From NCBI GenBank assembly GCA_041946735.1, contig JBHGAY010000004.1, positions 150,292 through 214,291 on the forward strand: 64,000 nt of DNA. Reading direction: 5' to 3'. The position numbers and the translations under genes were made by a program. Source of the stretch: Candidatus Eiseniibacteriota bacterium. Its GTDB lineage: Bacteria > Eisenbacteria > RBG-16-71-46 > CAIMUX01 > VGJL01. Below the pieces are notes generated by a model that was not told the DNA's origin, did no database searches, and saw nothing but the letters and a program-made list of their open reading frames with translations. Below are positions 29,651 to 41,155 of the stretch, in pieces (positions within the stretch are counted from its first letter, which is position 1; the number at the start of each line of letters is the position of its first letter).

Positions 29651-29740
29651 TGGCCTGCCGGCCTGCGATCTGCTCCATCCCGGCCTGCCGGCCTGCGATC
29701 TCCTCCATCCCGGCCTGCCGGACCGCTATCCGCTCCATCC
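29651..29740. repeat. 3 x 30-bp tandem repeat
   Basis: Unit about cggcctgccggcctgcgatctgctccatcc at 29651, 29681 and 29711. Confidence 0.85.
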
Positions 29741-30379
29741 CCGCTCCTCGTACACCTTACGCATCCGCTCGAGACACCGGGCGCGCGTCGGCCCGATGCT
29801 GCCGATCGGCATTCCCTGCCGGCGGGCGATTTCGGCGTAGTCGAGCGGAGGCTCCTCGAAGAAGAGCAGGCGCAAAAGCTCCCGGCAGCGTTCGGAGATC
29901 GCGTCGAGCGCCTCGGCGATCTGCTGGCGATGCTCGAGATCGGCGCGAATCTCGTCGGCGAGGGGGCGAGGATCGTTCGGCTCGGCCGACCGTCCATCAC
30001 CGCGCTCCTCGATCTCGTCGATCGAGGTCTCGCGCGACCGCATCTTTCCCCGGATCCGGTTCACCGCCTGGCGATAGGCGATCCCGATCAACCAGGACGG
30101 CAGCCGTCCCGGGTCGCGAAGCTTCGGCAGATCGGTGTAAAGGACCGTGATGGTGGACTGAAATGCGTCCTCGCGGTCTTCCGGCGTCAGCCCGACTTTG
30201 AGAATCACCGCATGGATCAGGTTCGCGTAGCGGCGGATCATTTCCTCCCACGCTCCCGGCTCGTGGGCGATACACAGGCGAATCAGCTCCTCGGCGGGGA
30301 TTCCGGGAAGCTCCTGCGCATTCGGCGCCGCTCGGACCGTGGCGCGCGGGCGCTCGCGCCAGGTGCCTTCCTCTGGCAT
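29726..30379 (-). CDS. ECF RNA polymerase sigma factor
   Basis: Region 2 AWEEMIRRY...DREDAFQ...WLIGIA; region 4 LDYAEIAR..GMPIGSIGPTRARCLERMR. Confidence 0.92.
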   Translation of the reverse strand: MPEEGTWRERPRATVRAAPNAQELPGIPAEELIRLCIAHEPGAWEEMIRRYANLIHAVILKVGLTPEDREDAFQSTITVLYTDLPKLRDPGRLPSWLIGIAYRQAVNRIRGKMRSRETSIDEIEERGDGRSAEPNDPRPLADEIRADLEHRQQIAEALDAISERCRELLRLLFFEEPPLDYAEIARRQGMPIGSIGPTRARCLERMRKVYEERGWSG

Positions 30380-30788
30380 CGATCGATCCTACATTCGGAG
30401 CAGGAGCCGCGATTCTTCGGGACGGACCATGCCGGCAACACTAGCACAGCTCCAAGCCCGGCCCGCCTGCTCCCGCAAGTATCAGGGCGCGAGCCAGCGC
30501 GACAACCGGAGTTCGCCGTTCCCCTCGCCGCCCGGAATCCTGGCTGGGGTCGAACCAAGCATCGAACTTCCAGTAGGGAAGGGATCATGGATCCGGGCTG
30601 GCCCACGAGCGAAGCAGAACCGCCCGTAGGTAGCCACTCCCGCGGTCTGGGTCACCGTGCGGCCGGCCCGGCGCCCTCCTCCTCCGGTCGGGCCCGTGCG
30701 CCGCTCAGCCGCCTCCGCGGCATGGTGCGCCTCGCATTCCATGCGCCTCGCGTTCCCCTCCGGCCCGCGATCGGCGACAATCCCCGCG

Positions 30789-33062
<2,274 letters not shown>

Positions 33063-33123
33063 CGTGGCGGCCGCGCGCGGCGGGAGCCGCGCGCCGCGTC
33101 GCTCCTCCCCTCGCTCGGCCGGC

Positions 33124-33486
33124 CTACTTCCAGAGCAGATAGCGCAGGGAGACCAGGAACAGGAACCCTCCGAACACCTTCTTCAGCGTGGGCCCGGGAA
33201 GGGAAAGCGCGATCTTCGCGCCGAAGTAGGAGCCGACGACGAAGCCGATGGCGAGGAGCATCGCGATCCGGACGTCGACGTCCCCTCTCTTCCAGTACTG
33301 ATAGGCGGAAACGATCATGAGCGGAGGGATCAGGAACGCGAGGGTGGTTCCTTGCGCCTTGTGCTGCGACATCCCGAAGAGAAGGACCAGCGTCGGGACG
33401 ATCACCACTCCGCCGCCCACGCCGGCCAGTCCCGACAGGGTGCCGGCTACGACACCGAGAATCATCATGCCGATCGTCTGCGTCAT
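33124..33486 (-). CDS. Half-size sulfite exporter TauE/SafE (TSUP) family membrane protein
   Basis: LSGLAGVGGGVVIVP..., QHKAQGTTL; 4 TM; GGAGGTG RBS. Confidence 0.85.
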   Translation of the reverse strand: MTQTIGMMILGVVAGTLSGLAGVGGGVVIVPTLVLLFGMSQHKAQGTTLAFLIPPLMIVSAYQYWKRGDVDVRIAMLLAIGFVVGSYFGAKIALSLPGPTLKKVFGGFLFLVSLRYLLWK

Positions 33487-33713
33487 CCCCACCTCCGCCT
33501 CTGTAGATTCCTGCCGCAGATTCCTGCCTCGCCGCGGCGGCGCGGAACGCGCCGGGGCCATGGTACAGTGTCGGGTTCCCGATTGCTGCGGGGTTCCCGG
33601 CCACGCGCAGTTCCGGATCGCCGCGGAGTTCCGATCACCGCGGAGTTCCGGAAGGCCGCCCGCCCGATCGCGCCGCTTCGGGATCGCAAGGCCGCCGCCG
33701 AGGAGGATTTCGA

Positions 33714-35732
33714 ATGCTCGAATCGCTTCGCGACCGACCGATCGCCCGGCTGCCCGACCGCCTCCGCTTCGACGGCAGGATCCTCCTTCTCGTCGACGAC
33801 GCCGACGCGATGCGACGACAGCTGGCGGGCGAGGATCTTCCCGGCGATCCCGCCCTCTATCCCCTGCGCGACGACATCTCGACCGACGAGATCACCCCCG
33901 GCTGGGTCTGCTTCCACTACGACGAGAAGCTCGGCGACTTTCCCTACGTCGGCCTGCGCGCCGGCGGCGAGTTCCCCATCACCCCGGGATCGGTCCGCGC
34001 CGCCCGCTTCGTCGCGAGCGTTAGCGGCAAGCGCCGCGGAAAAGGATCGAGCCGCGAACAGTCTCCCTTCGCAGAAAAGGCGGCCGGAATCCGTCTCGTC
34101 ATCGCCGAGAACATCGAGAGGATCTACCGGCAGAACTGCCAGAACCTGGGTCTCCTCACTTCGACCGACTTCGGCCTCGTGGAACGGATCCGGCGCGGTG
34201 AAGAGATTCCGCTCGAGGAGTTCCTGCAGGGAGAAGATCCGATCACGCGCGAGATTCTCCGGCACGGCGGTCTCTTCGCCTTCAACGTCGCCCGCCTGCA
34301 GGGCGCGATCCGGGTGCCCGAGATCGAGACGCCCGCGCGTCCGATGAGCCTCGCGGAAAAGATCCTCGCCCGGCACATGAGAAGCGGATCGGGACGGACC
34401 GGAGTAAAGGCGGTGCGCCCCGGCGACGCGGGATTCGTCGAGTGCGACCTCCGCTTCAGCCACGAGTACGTGACTCCCATGGCCTCCTCCTTCTTCGAGG
34501 AGGCGCTCGGCGCGGAGGGGCGGATCGCCGACCCGCAGTCCGTCCTCTTCTTTCGGGACCACCTCACGTTCCTCCATCAGGTGATCTCTCCGGAGAAGAA
34601 GGCGCAAGGCCTGCTCGATCTCGCCGACCGCCTGCGCGCCCGCCAGGAGGAGTTTGCGCGGCGGCAGGGAGTGCGGTTGCACGGGGAGATCCCGGGCGGA
34701 AACGGATCGGAGGGGATCTGCCATTCCCTCGTCCTTCAGAACTACGCGCTCCCGGGGCAGGTGATCGCGGGGACCGACTCTCACACGCCACACTCGGGCG
34801 CGGTGGGCGCCCTCGCCTTCGGCGTCGGCTCGACCGACATCTTCAACGCCTGGATCACGCGCGACGTGCGCGTCCGCGTGCCGCAGGGAGTGCTCGTCCG
34901 CGTGCGCGGGCGCCGTCCGGAGAACGTGACCGCGAAGGACTTCATGCTCGCGCTTCTCGCGCATCCGTTCGTCCGCGAGGGGAAGGCGATCGGCCGGATC
35001 GTCGAGTACACCGGCGAGGCGGTCGAGCAGCTCTCGGTCGACGAGCGCGCGACGATGACGAACATGGCGGCGGAGGTCGGCGCTTTCACCGGGATCGTGG
35101 CACCGGATGCGCGGACGGCGAGGTTTCTCGCGAGCGAGCGCGAGGGCCTCGGTGTGGAGGAAGCGACCCGCCTCTGCGAAGGATGGGCGAGCGATCCGGA
35201 CTGCGAGTGGGAGAAGGTGATCGAGATCGACGCCGAGGCGCTGCGGCCGATGGTCGCGCTCCCGGGAGATCCGGGCAACGGACGGCCGATCGAGGAGGTC
35301 GAGAGCGAGGCGGGCGGGCCGGTCCGGATCGAGATCGCCTACGGTGGCTCCTGCACGGCGGGCAAGCGGGAGGACATGGACATGTATGCCCGGGTCCTCC
35401 GCGATGGCTTGCGGTCGGGCCGGCGCGTCGCTCCCGGCGTCTCCTTCTTCATTCAGTTCGGCTCTCAAGAGGTCAAGGCGTACTGCCGGGATCAGGGGTA
35501 TCTGCGGATCTTCGAGGACGCGGGCGTGCGCTTGATCGAGCCTTCCTGCGGCGCCTGCATCAATGCGGGGCCGGGCGTGTCGCAGACGAAGGAGACCGTG
35601 ACGGTCAGCGCGATCAACCGGAACTTCCCGGGACGGAGCGGGCCCGGGCAAATGTACCTGGCGAGCCCGCTGACCGTCGCCGCCTCGGCCCTGGCGGGCC
35701 GGATCGTCGCCTACGAGCCGCGCAAGGCCTGA
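33714..35732 (+). CDS. Fused aconitase-family [4Fe-4S] dehydratase (LeuD-like swivel N-terminal, LeuC-like C-terminal)
   Basis: DDISTDEITP, GKGSSRE, then EKIL, DH, ICH, TDSHT, GSCT, CGAC, NRNFPGRSG. Confidence 0.88.
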   Translation: MLESLRDRPIARLPDRLRFDGRILLLVDDADAMRRQLAGEDLPGDPALYPLRDDISTDEITPGWVCFHYDEKLGDFPYVGLRAGGEFPITPGSVRAARFVASVSGKRRGKGSSREQSPFAEKAAGIRLVIAENIERIYRQNCQNLGLLTSTDFGLVERIRRGEEIPLEEFLQGEDPITREILRHGGLFAFNVARLQGAIRVPEIETPARPMSLAEKILARHMRSGSGRTGVKAVRPGDAGFVECDLRFSHEYVTPMASSFFEEALGAEGRIADPQSVLFFRDHLTFLHQVISPEKKAQGLLDLADRLRARQEEFARRQGVRLHGEIPGGNGSEGICHSLVLQNYALPGQVIAGTDSHTPHSGAVGALAFGVGSTDIFNAWITRDVRVRVPQGVLVRVRGRRPENVTAKDFMLALLAHPFVREGKAIGRIVEYTGEAVEQLSVDERATMTNMAAEVGAFTGIVAPDARTARFLASEREGLGVEEATRLCEGWASDPDCEWEKVIEIDAEALRPMVALPGDPGNGRPIEEVESEAGGPVRIEIAYGGSCTAGKREDMDMYARVLRDGLRSGRRVAPGVSFFIQFGSQEVKAYCRDQGYLRIFEDAGVRLIEPSCGACINAGPGVSQTKETVTVSAINRNFPGRSGPGQMYLASPLTVAASALAGRIVAYEPRKA

Positions 35733-35789
35733 GGAGGGCGCGAGAAGGGAGAGGGACGGAGCGCGATCAGGGGGAAGAACGGAGCGCGA

Positions 35790-36470
35790 TCAGGGGCGAT
35801 GGTCAGGGTCGGAGGTGAGAGCCGCTTGCGAATCGGGCGGCGCGCCGCCCGCATCGCTCGCGCCATCCGCGCCGCCGGCGCCCCTAGCGTCCCAGCCCCC
35901 CGCACCGACCGGAGGAGCTTCTGGCCTCATCGGGTGGTCGAGCAGGATTCCTTCCCCTCCGAACGCTTCCGGAACCTTGCCGTTGATCATGATCTCGACC
36001 CCCTTCACGTCGGGGAACTGCGTCGCCGTCCGGAGGATCTGCCGCAGCCGGGTCTGCATGCTCAGCGTCCCGCCTCCGGTTTCGACCCGGTCGTTGAAGT
36101 TCAGCCAGGCGATTCCGTCTTCCTCACGCACCCCGAGCAGGCTCGTCGCCGGAGGAATCTCGCTCCGGAGCCCGCTCTGCCACTCCTCCTTCGTCGGTCC
36201 CTCCAGGAGGCCGAGGATGCTCCCCGGAAGAGGACGAGCTCCGAGCGGGAGGCGGCGCGGCACGCCGACCAGCACCGGCTCTCCCGTCTCGTCATCGATC
36301 CGCGCGAAGAAGACCTGGACGAGGGTGCCGGTGACCGCCGTGTCGGGCGAAGCGGTTCGGGGAGGGAGCGCGCCGCGCGGCCCCCGGGGCCTGCTCCAGA
36401 AGTAGCCGACCGCGAGGCCCAGGAGCAGCGCGAGCAGAACGGCCGGGATCAGGTACCGTTTGTGGGACAT
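35790..36470 (-). CDS. GerMN-domain membrane-anchored protein
   Basis: N-terminal TM; LLEGPT..E..G..SEIP, QILRTATQFPDV..V.I.ING. Confidence 0.85.
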   Translation of the reverse strand: MSHKRYLIPAVLLALLLGLAVGYFWSRPRGPRGALPPRTASPDTAVTGTLVQVFFARIDDETGEPVLVGVPRRLPLGARPLPGSILGLLEGPTKEEWQSGLRSEIPPATSLLGVREEDGIAWLNFNDRVETGGGTLSMQTRLRQILRTATQFPDVKGVEIMINGKVPEAFGGEGILLDHPMRPEAPPVGAGGWDARGAGGADGASDAGGAPPDSQAALTSDPDHRP

Positions 36471-39352
36471 CGAGACGACTGTAAGGCGTAAGCGGCGGGC
36501 GCGCACTGGTCCTCGCGGCCGCGCGCCGACGGGCTCTCACGGGGCCCCACCGATGGCAGTTGCTCGCGAAGCACCCGCAGCTTCCCGACCCAGACCCCGG
36601 CCGGCCCCTCGGCCCGAATCAGGTAGGTCCCCTTGAGCAGCCGCCGCCCGCTCGCGTCGACCAGCTCGATCTCGATCGACTGTCTGCCGGCGCTCCTTTC
36701 CGCCTCCAGGATCGTCCGGACCTTGCGACCGCAGATCTCGAACATCTCGATCCGGACCATCCCGCCCTTCGGAAGGTCGAAGATGAGCGAGGTGCGCTCT
36801 TCCGCCGGGTTGGGATAGAAAGTCGGACGAAACGCCGGGACGGACGGATCGACAGCGTTCCCACCGGCGCCCGCGCCGCCGCCTCCGTCGACATCGGCGA
36901 GGCGGGGATCGCCGACCGAGTAGTCCCAGATGCCGCGGCCCGCCGTCGTGAAACGGACGACTCCGATGTCGGGAACGGCTTCGACGCTGCGGAATCCGGC
37001 GAGGGGCCCTTCGGTCCTCAGGATCGAATCCCAGCGGCCTCCCCCGAGCGCAACGGCGCCCGCTCCGCCGGCCCTCGCATCGATACCGCTCGCATCATCC
37101 CCTTCGCCTCCGCTTGCGCTCCCACTCACCCCTCCGCTCGCCCCTCCGCCTGCCCCAAGGACGCTCGTCTCCCCGCAGAGGTCGAGGCGGAAGGCCCCCG
37201 CTTCGGCGGCCGCGAAGAGGGAGCGATCCTCCGGCCCGCAGAAGGCGAGGCCGAGGACGGCCGTGGGAGGCAGCCCATCGCCTCGCGGCGTCCAGGTGAC
37301 TCCGCCGTCCGCCGTGGCGTAGACCGCCGGGCCTCCGTAGCCGCTGCCGCCGAGGAACGCGATCCGCGCGTCTCGCTCGGCGACCGCGATGGCGGCCGGG
37401 CGGAAGGCGCGGGCGCGCGGCCCCTCGGCGCTCGACCGCGTCCACGTTCGTCCCTCGTCGTGCGAATACCAGATCGATCCGTCCTCTTCGGCGGCATAGC
37501 GGAAGGAGGGATCGGCCGCGGCGATCGCAAAGACGGCGAGCCGCCCGGGCGCGCGGATGCGCCGGTCGGGGGTCCACGACCACAGTCCGGCCGCCTCGCG
37601 CCGGCAACTCCATAGGCCGTTCGCGCAGAGATGGACCGTCGACCGGTCGGTCGGATCGATGGCGAGGAACGCTCCCGCGCGTGCATCGGAGCCGGCCGGG
37701 AAGGGGACGGAGCGGCGGGAGGACGGACCCGCGTGCGGATCCTCCAGGACGAGCAGATGCTCGCGCGCCAGCGCCCAGACCGGCGAGCTGTCCGGATCGG
37801 CGGAGACGATCTGCAGGAAACGGCCGGCGACGAGCGGCTCGAAGTCGAGCATCCCCGCGAAGGATGCCGGCCCCATCCCGTCGGTGGTCTCGGTCATCGA
37901 CTTCGATCGGAGCCGCGACTTCGAGCGCTGCATCCCCTGGCCCTCCGAAGCCGCCAGGATCAGGTACGGGTCGCCCGGGCTCGTCAGCGTCGCGTAGTAC
38001 GTGCCCGCGCACAGTCCCTTGCCGGCGAGATCCTGGAAGGTGCTCGCCGCGTCGACCGACGCGAAGCTTCCGCCTTCGGTGTGCAGGAGGATCACCTCGC
38101 GCCCGGCGATCCAGAAGCAATCGATTCCGTGCACCGTCCCTTGCGGAAGGCCGGCTCCGCCGGTTCGATCCGCCGCCTCGGTCTCGAGCGGAAGGAACGT
38201 GCGGCCGCCGTCCACCGAGCGCAAGCACCTTCCTCCACCGAGGAGGAGGAGATCCGGATCGCGGATCGAGGCGCACAGCGTCGCGGAGAACCGAGGCAGC
38301 GCGGCGCGTGGCTCCCAGCTCCGGCCGCCATCGATCGAGCGATGGAGCATCCAGCGGCCTCCGCGCGAGAGCGACGCGTAGAGGGTCGGCGCGCCCGCCT
38401 CCGATCCTGTCAGGGCCACGCCTTCGATCGCCTCCCCTTGGCCGGAGCCTGCCCCCGCGATCCGGCCCACCTCGGTGAAGTCGGCCCCGGCCCGCATCGA
38501 GCGCTTCAGCGACTCTCCGCAGAGGAGGAAGAGCGGCGCTGCGCCCGTGCGCCCCGTCCAGATGTCGCAAGGAGGCCAGTCGGGCTCGGAGTGGACGACG
38601 GCGAAGGTCGTGCCGCCGTCCCGGGAGCAGCAGAGGTGATAACCGGTCGGAAGCTGGTTTCCGGTCCAGATGCGCCCGCGCACGAGAAGCCAGACCACGC
38701 TCGCGTCGGAGGGATCGGGGAGCAAGCGCACGCAGCCGAGAATCTGGTCGGGCAGGCCGCCGGGCATGAACCAGGTGGAGCCGCCATCGGTTGTCGCCTG
38801 GACGCGGCCCTCGCGCGTGATCGACACGATGGAGAGAGGATCGGCGTTCGTTGCGACCAGCGCGTGCGCGCCGTGGCCGAGGCCGCTTCCCACGCAGCGC
38901 CACGTCTCCGACCCGCGCAGGGCACCGAGCCAGATGCCGCCCAGGCCGCAGGCGAGAGCGACGTCCTCCTGGCCCGGAACGATCGAGGCGGCCATCGTCG
39001 GCGACGCGAGGTTCGTGCTGCCGATCGGCCTCCATCTCTCCCCGGCGGCCGATCGGACTCCACGGGACATCCTCTCGAGAACGAGCGCCTCGCGATTCTG
39101 CGTTTCGAGGGCACGGGGGTGCACCCCGGGAGGAGCCGCATCGAGGCAAGCGAGGAAGGAATCGCCGGATTCACCGTCCGGCTCGACAGCCGGCCGCCCG
39201 CCGCTCTCCACCTGTTCGGAACTCCGCGCGCCGTTCTCCGCGTCACTCTCCGCGGCCGATCGCTGCCAGAGACGGTGAAGGGAATACAGGCCCGCGGCGG
39301 TGGATAGGAGCACCCACGCCGCGACGACCAGGACGGCAGGACGCCGGTCCAT
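36449..39352 (-). CDS. BNR/Asp-box beta-propeller protein with FlgD-Ig/T9SS-like C-terminus
   Basis: Repeated SxDGGxTW (TTDGGSTW, SRDGGTTF, SIDGGRSW, SVDGGRTF, SHDEGRTW, TADGGVTW), TAGRGIW, YPNPA tail. Confidence 0.8.
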   Translation of the reverse strand: MDRRPAVLVVAAWVLLSTAAGLYSLHRLWQRSAAESDAENGARSSEQVESGGRPAVEPDGESGDSFLACLDAAPPGVHPRALETQNREALVLERMSRGVRSAAGERWRPIGSTNLASPTMAASIVPGQEDVALACGLGGIWLGALRGSETWRCVGSGLGHGAHALVATNADPLSIVSITREGRVQATTDGGSTWFMPGGLPDQILGCVRLLPDPSDASVVWLLVRGRIWTGNQLPTGYHLCCSRDGGTTFAVVHSEPDWPPCDIWTGRTGAAPLFLLCGESLKRSMRAGADFTEVGRIAGAGSGQGEAIEGVALTGSEAGAPTLYASLSRGGRWMLHRSIDGGRSWEPRAALPRFSATLCASIRDPDLLLLGGGRCLRSVDGGRTFLPLETEAADRTGGAGLPQGTVHGIDCFWIAGREVILLHTEGGSFASVDAASTFQDLAGKGLCAGTYYATLTSPGDPYLILAASEGQGMQRSKSRLRSKSMTETTDGMGPASFAGMLDFEPLVAGRFLQIVSADPDSSPVWALAREHLLVLEDPHAGPSSRRSVPFPAGSDARAGAFLAIDPTDRSTVHLCANGLWSCRREAAGLWSWTPDRRIRAPGRLAVFAIAAADPSFRYAAEEDGSIWYSHDEGRTWTRSSAEGPRARAFRPAAIAVAERDARIAFLGGSGYGGPAVYATADGGVTWTPRGDGLPPTAVLGLAFCGPEDRSLFAAAEAGAFRLDLCGETSVLGAGGGASGGVSGSASGGEGDDASGIDARAGGAGAVALGGGRWDSILRTEGPLAGFRSVEAVPDIGVVRFTTAGRGIWDYSVGDPRLADVDGGGGAGAGGNAVDPSVPAFRPTFYPNPAEERTSLIFDLPKGGMVRIEMFEICGRKVRTILEAERSAGRQSIEIELVDASGRRLLKGTYLIRAEGPAGVWVGKLRVLREQLPSVGPRESPSARGREDQCAPAAYALQSSRCPTNGT

Positions 39353-39422
39353 CGCACCTTCCTCGTGGGGGACGAGTCGGACGAGAACCGCTTCTGATTC
39401 TAACGCGGCGCGCGGGCGGCGG

Positions 39423-40265
39423 CTAGCGTTTCCGGGCTTTCCGCTCGCTTGCCGTCTTCGTCGTTGTCGACGTCGTGGCCTTCGTGGCTTTCGTTGCCGC
39501 GGTCGTCGCAGCCTTCGTGGCCTTCGGGGTCGTCGTCGCCTTCGCCTTCGTCTTCGCTTTCGTCTTCGCTTTCGCATTCGTCGGCGCATTCGTCGGCGCT
39601 TCCGTCGTCCCGGAGGCGGCCTTCGCTCTTGCGCTCGCTCGCTCCGTCGCCTTCGCCGTCGTCCTCGCCGTCGTGGCCTCGATCTCCCGCCTATAGATCG
39701 GCCGTGTGGCGGAGCGCCTCGCCACTTCGCGGAAGCCGGCCGCCGCGAAGGCGGACGCGAGTCCCGTATAGACCCACGCGTCGGCCGTGGTCGCGCGCGG
39801 ATCGACCGGATATCCCTCGACGGCGCTCGCCCCATTCTCGCGCGCATACCGGACGCCCGCCTCGAGCAGTCGGACAGTCAACCCCTGCCGGCGATACGGA
39901 CGCGCCACGAAGAAGCAGACGATCGACCAGACGGGACGATCGTCGATGCGGGCGAGCGTGCGCGAACGCTCGAGCCGCGGGAACTCCTCGCGTGGAGCGA
40001 GCGAGACCCATCCGACCGGCTGCCCGTCTGCATAGGCCAGCAGCCCGGGGACCCGGCCGCCGGCTTCGACGCGCCGTTTCAGCGCGAGGCGGTTGCCGTC
40101 CCCCTTGCTCTTCGAGAACTCGGCGGAGGGAAGGCGCCACCACATGCACCAGCATCCGGCGCAAGCGCCCCGCGGACCGAAGAGCGACTCCAGGTCATCC
40201 CATCGTTCCGCGGATGCCGGATGGATCTCGAGCTTACGGATCTTCACGAGCGGGGCGCGTGCCAT
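39423..40265 (-). CDS. GNAT acetyltransferase with Lys/Ala/Thr-rich C-terminal tail
   Basis: GACAGCWCMWWR, CFFVARPYRRQG, VEGYPVD; GGAGG RBS. Confidence 0.85.
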   Translation of the reverse strand: MARAPLVKIRKLEIHPASAERWDDLESLFGPRGACAGCWCMWWRLPSAEFSKSKGDGNRLALKRRVEAGGRVPGLLAYADGQPVGWVSLAPREEFPRLERSRTLARIDDRPVWSIVCFFVARPYRRQGLTVRLLEAGVRYARENGASAVEGYPVDPRATTADAWVYTGLASAFAAAGFREVARRSATRPIYRREIEATTARTTAKATERASARAKAASGTTEAPTNAPTNAKAKTKAKTKAKATTTPKATKAATTAATKATKATTSTTTKTASERKARKR

Positions 40266-40585
40266 CGTCGTCCTCCGAAAAAGCGAGAGAAGCGGCAGGC
40301 TGGAGACTAGCAAGGGCCCCACCGCAACCTCCGCGTCGTGAGAATCAACGATCGCAGAAGTATGGGCGGGGCCCTCGCGAGGTTCGGGCGCTAATCTACC
40401 AGTGCGCCCGGCGGGCGCAAGAGAAGTTTCAGGAGTGGGGGCGGGCCGGCCGCCTGCCCGCCCGCCTGGCGTGCTCGGCTCGACCACCGGGGAGCGAACG
40501 CCTGGCCGGAATCGGCAGGCGGCCTCGCCGCCGCCGCCTCGCGGCGGCGGCTCGCAACGCGACGGAGAAGGAGGAGGAAGGATCG

Positions 40586-41146
40586 ATGGCCTCTCCGCCC
40601 AGAGAAGACGCCTGGGAGCTCCTGTGCGAGTACACGGAGTCCGAGGGGCTGCGCAAGCACGCGCTTGCCGTGGAGGCGGCGATGCGCGCCTACGCGCGCC
40701 GCACCGGCGAGGACGAGGAATCGTGGGGGATCGTCGGCCTCCTGCATGACTTCGATTACGAGCGCTGGCCGACGGCTCCGGAGCACCCGCTCGAGGGGTC
40801 GAAGATCCTCGCGGAACGAGGCTATCCGGAGTCCTGGCGCCGCGCCATCCTCGGCCACGCCTCCTATACCGGGGTGCCCCGTGACACGGCAATGGCGCGG
40901 ACCCTCTTCGCGGTCGACGAGCTGTGCGGCTTCCTCACGGCGGTCGCCTTGGTCCGTCCCTCCAGGAAGCTGGCCGATGTCGACGTGGCGGCCGTGAAGA
41001 AGAAGCTGAAAGAGAAGGGATTCGCGCGCTCCGTCAATCGGGAGGAGATCCTTCAGGGTCCCGAGGAGATCGGCGTGCCGTTCGACGAGCACGTGCTCTT
41101 CGTGCGCGACGCGATGAGGTCGATCGCCGGCCGCCTCGGGCTCTGA
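40586..41146 (+). CDS. HD-domain phosphohydrolase (HDIG-like)
   Basis: LRKHALAV, GLLHDFDYE, H...H...D pattern, FARSVNRE; strong GGAGG RBS. Confidence 0.88.
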   Translation: MASPPREDAWELLCEYTESEGLRKHALAVEAAMRAYARRTGEDEESWGIVGLLHDFDYERWPTAPEHPLEGSKILAERGYPESWRRAILGHASYTGVPRDTAMARTLFAVDELCGFLTAVALVRPSRKLADVDVAAVKKKLKEKGFARSVNREEILQGPEEIGVPFDEHVLFVRDAMRSIAGRLGL

Positions 41147-41155
41147 CGCGCCGGG

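Noticed and set aside
29651..29740. CRISPR mini-array beside a CHAT protease (type III-E-like)
   Set aside because: Tandem 30-mers without spacers; no Cas7-11.
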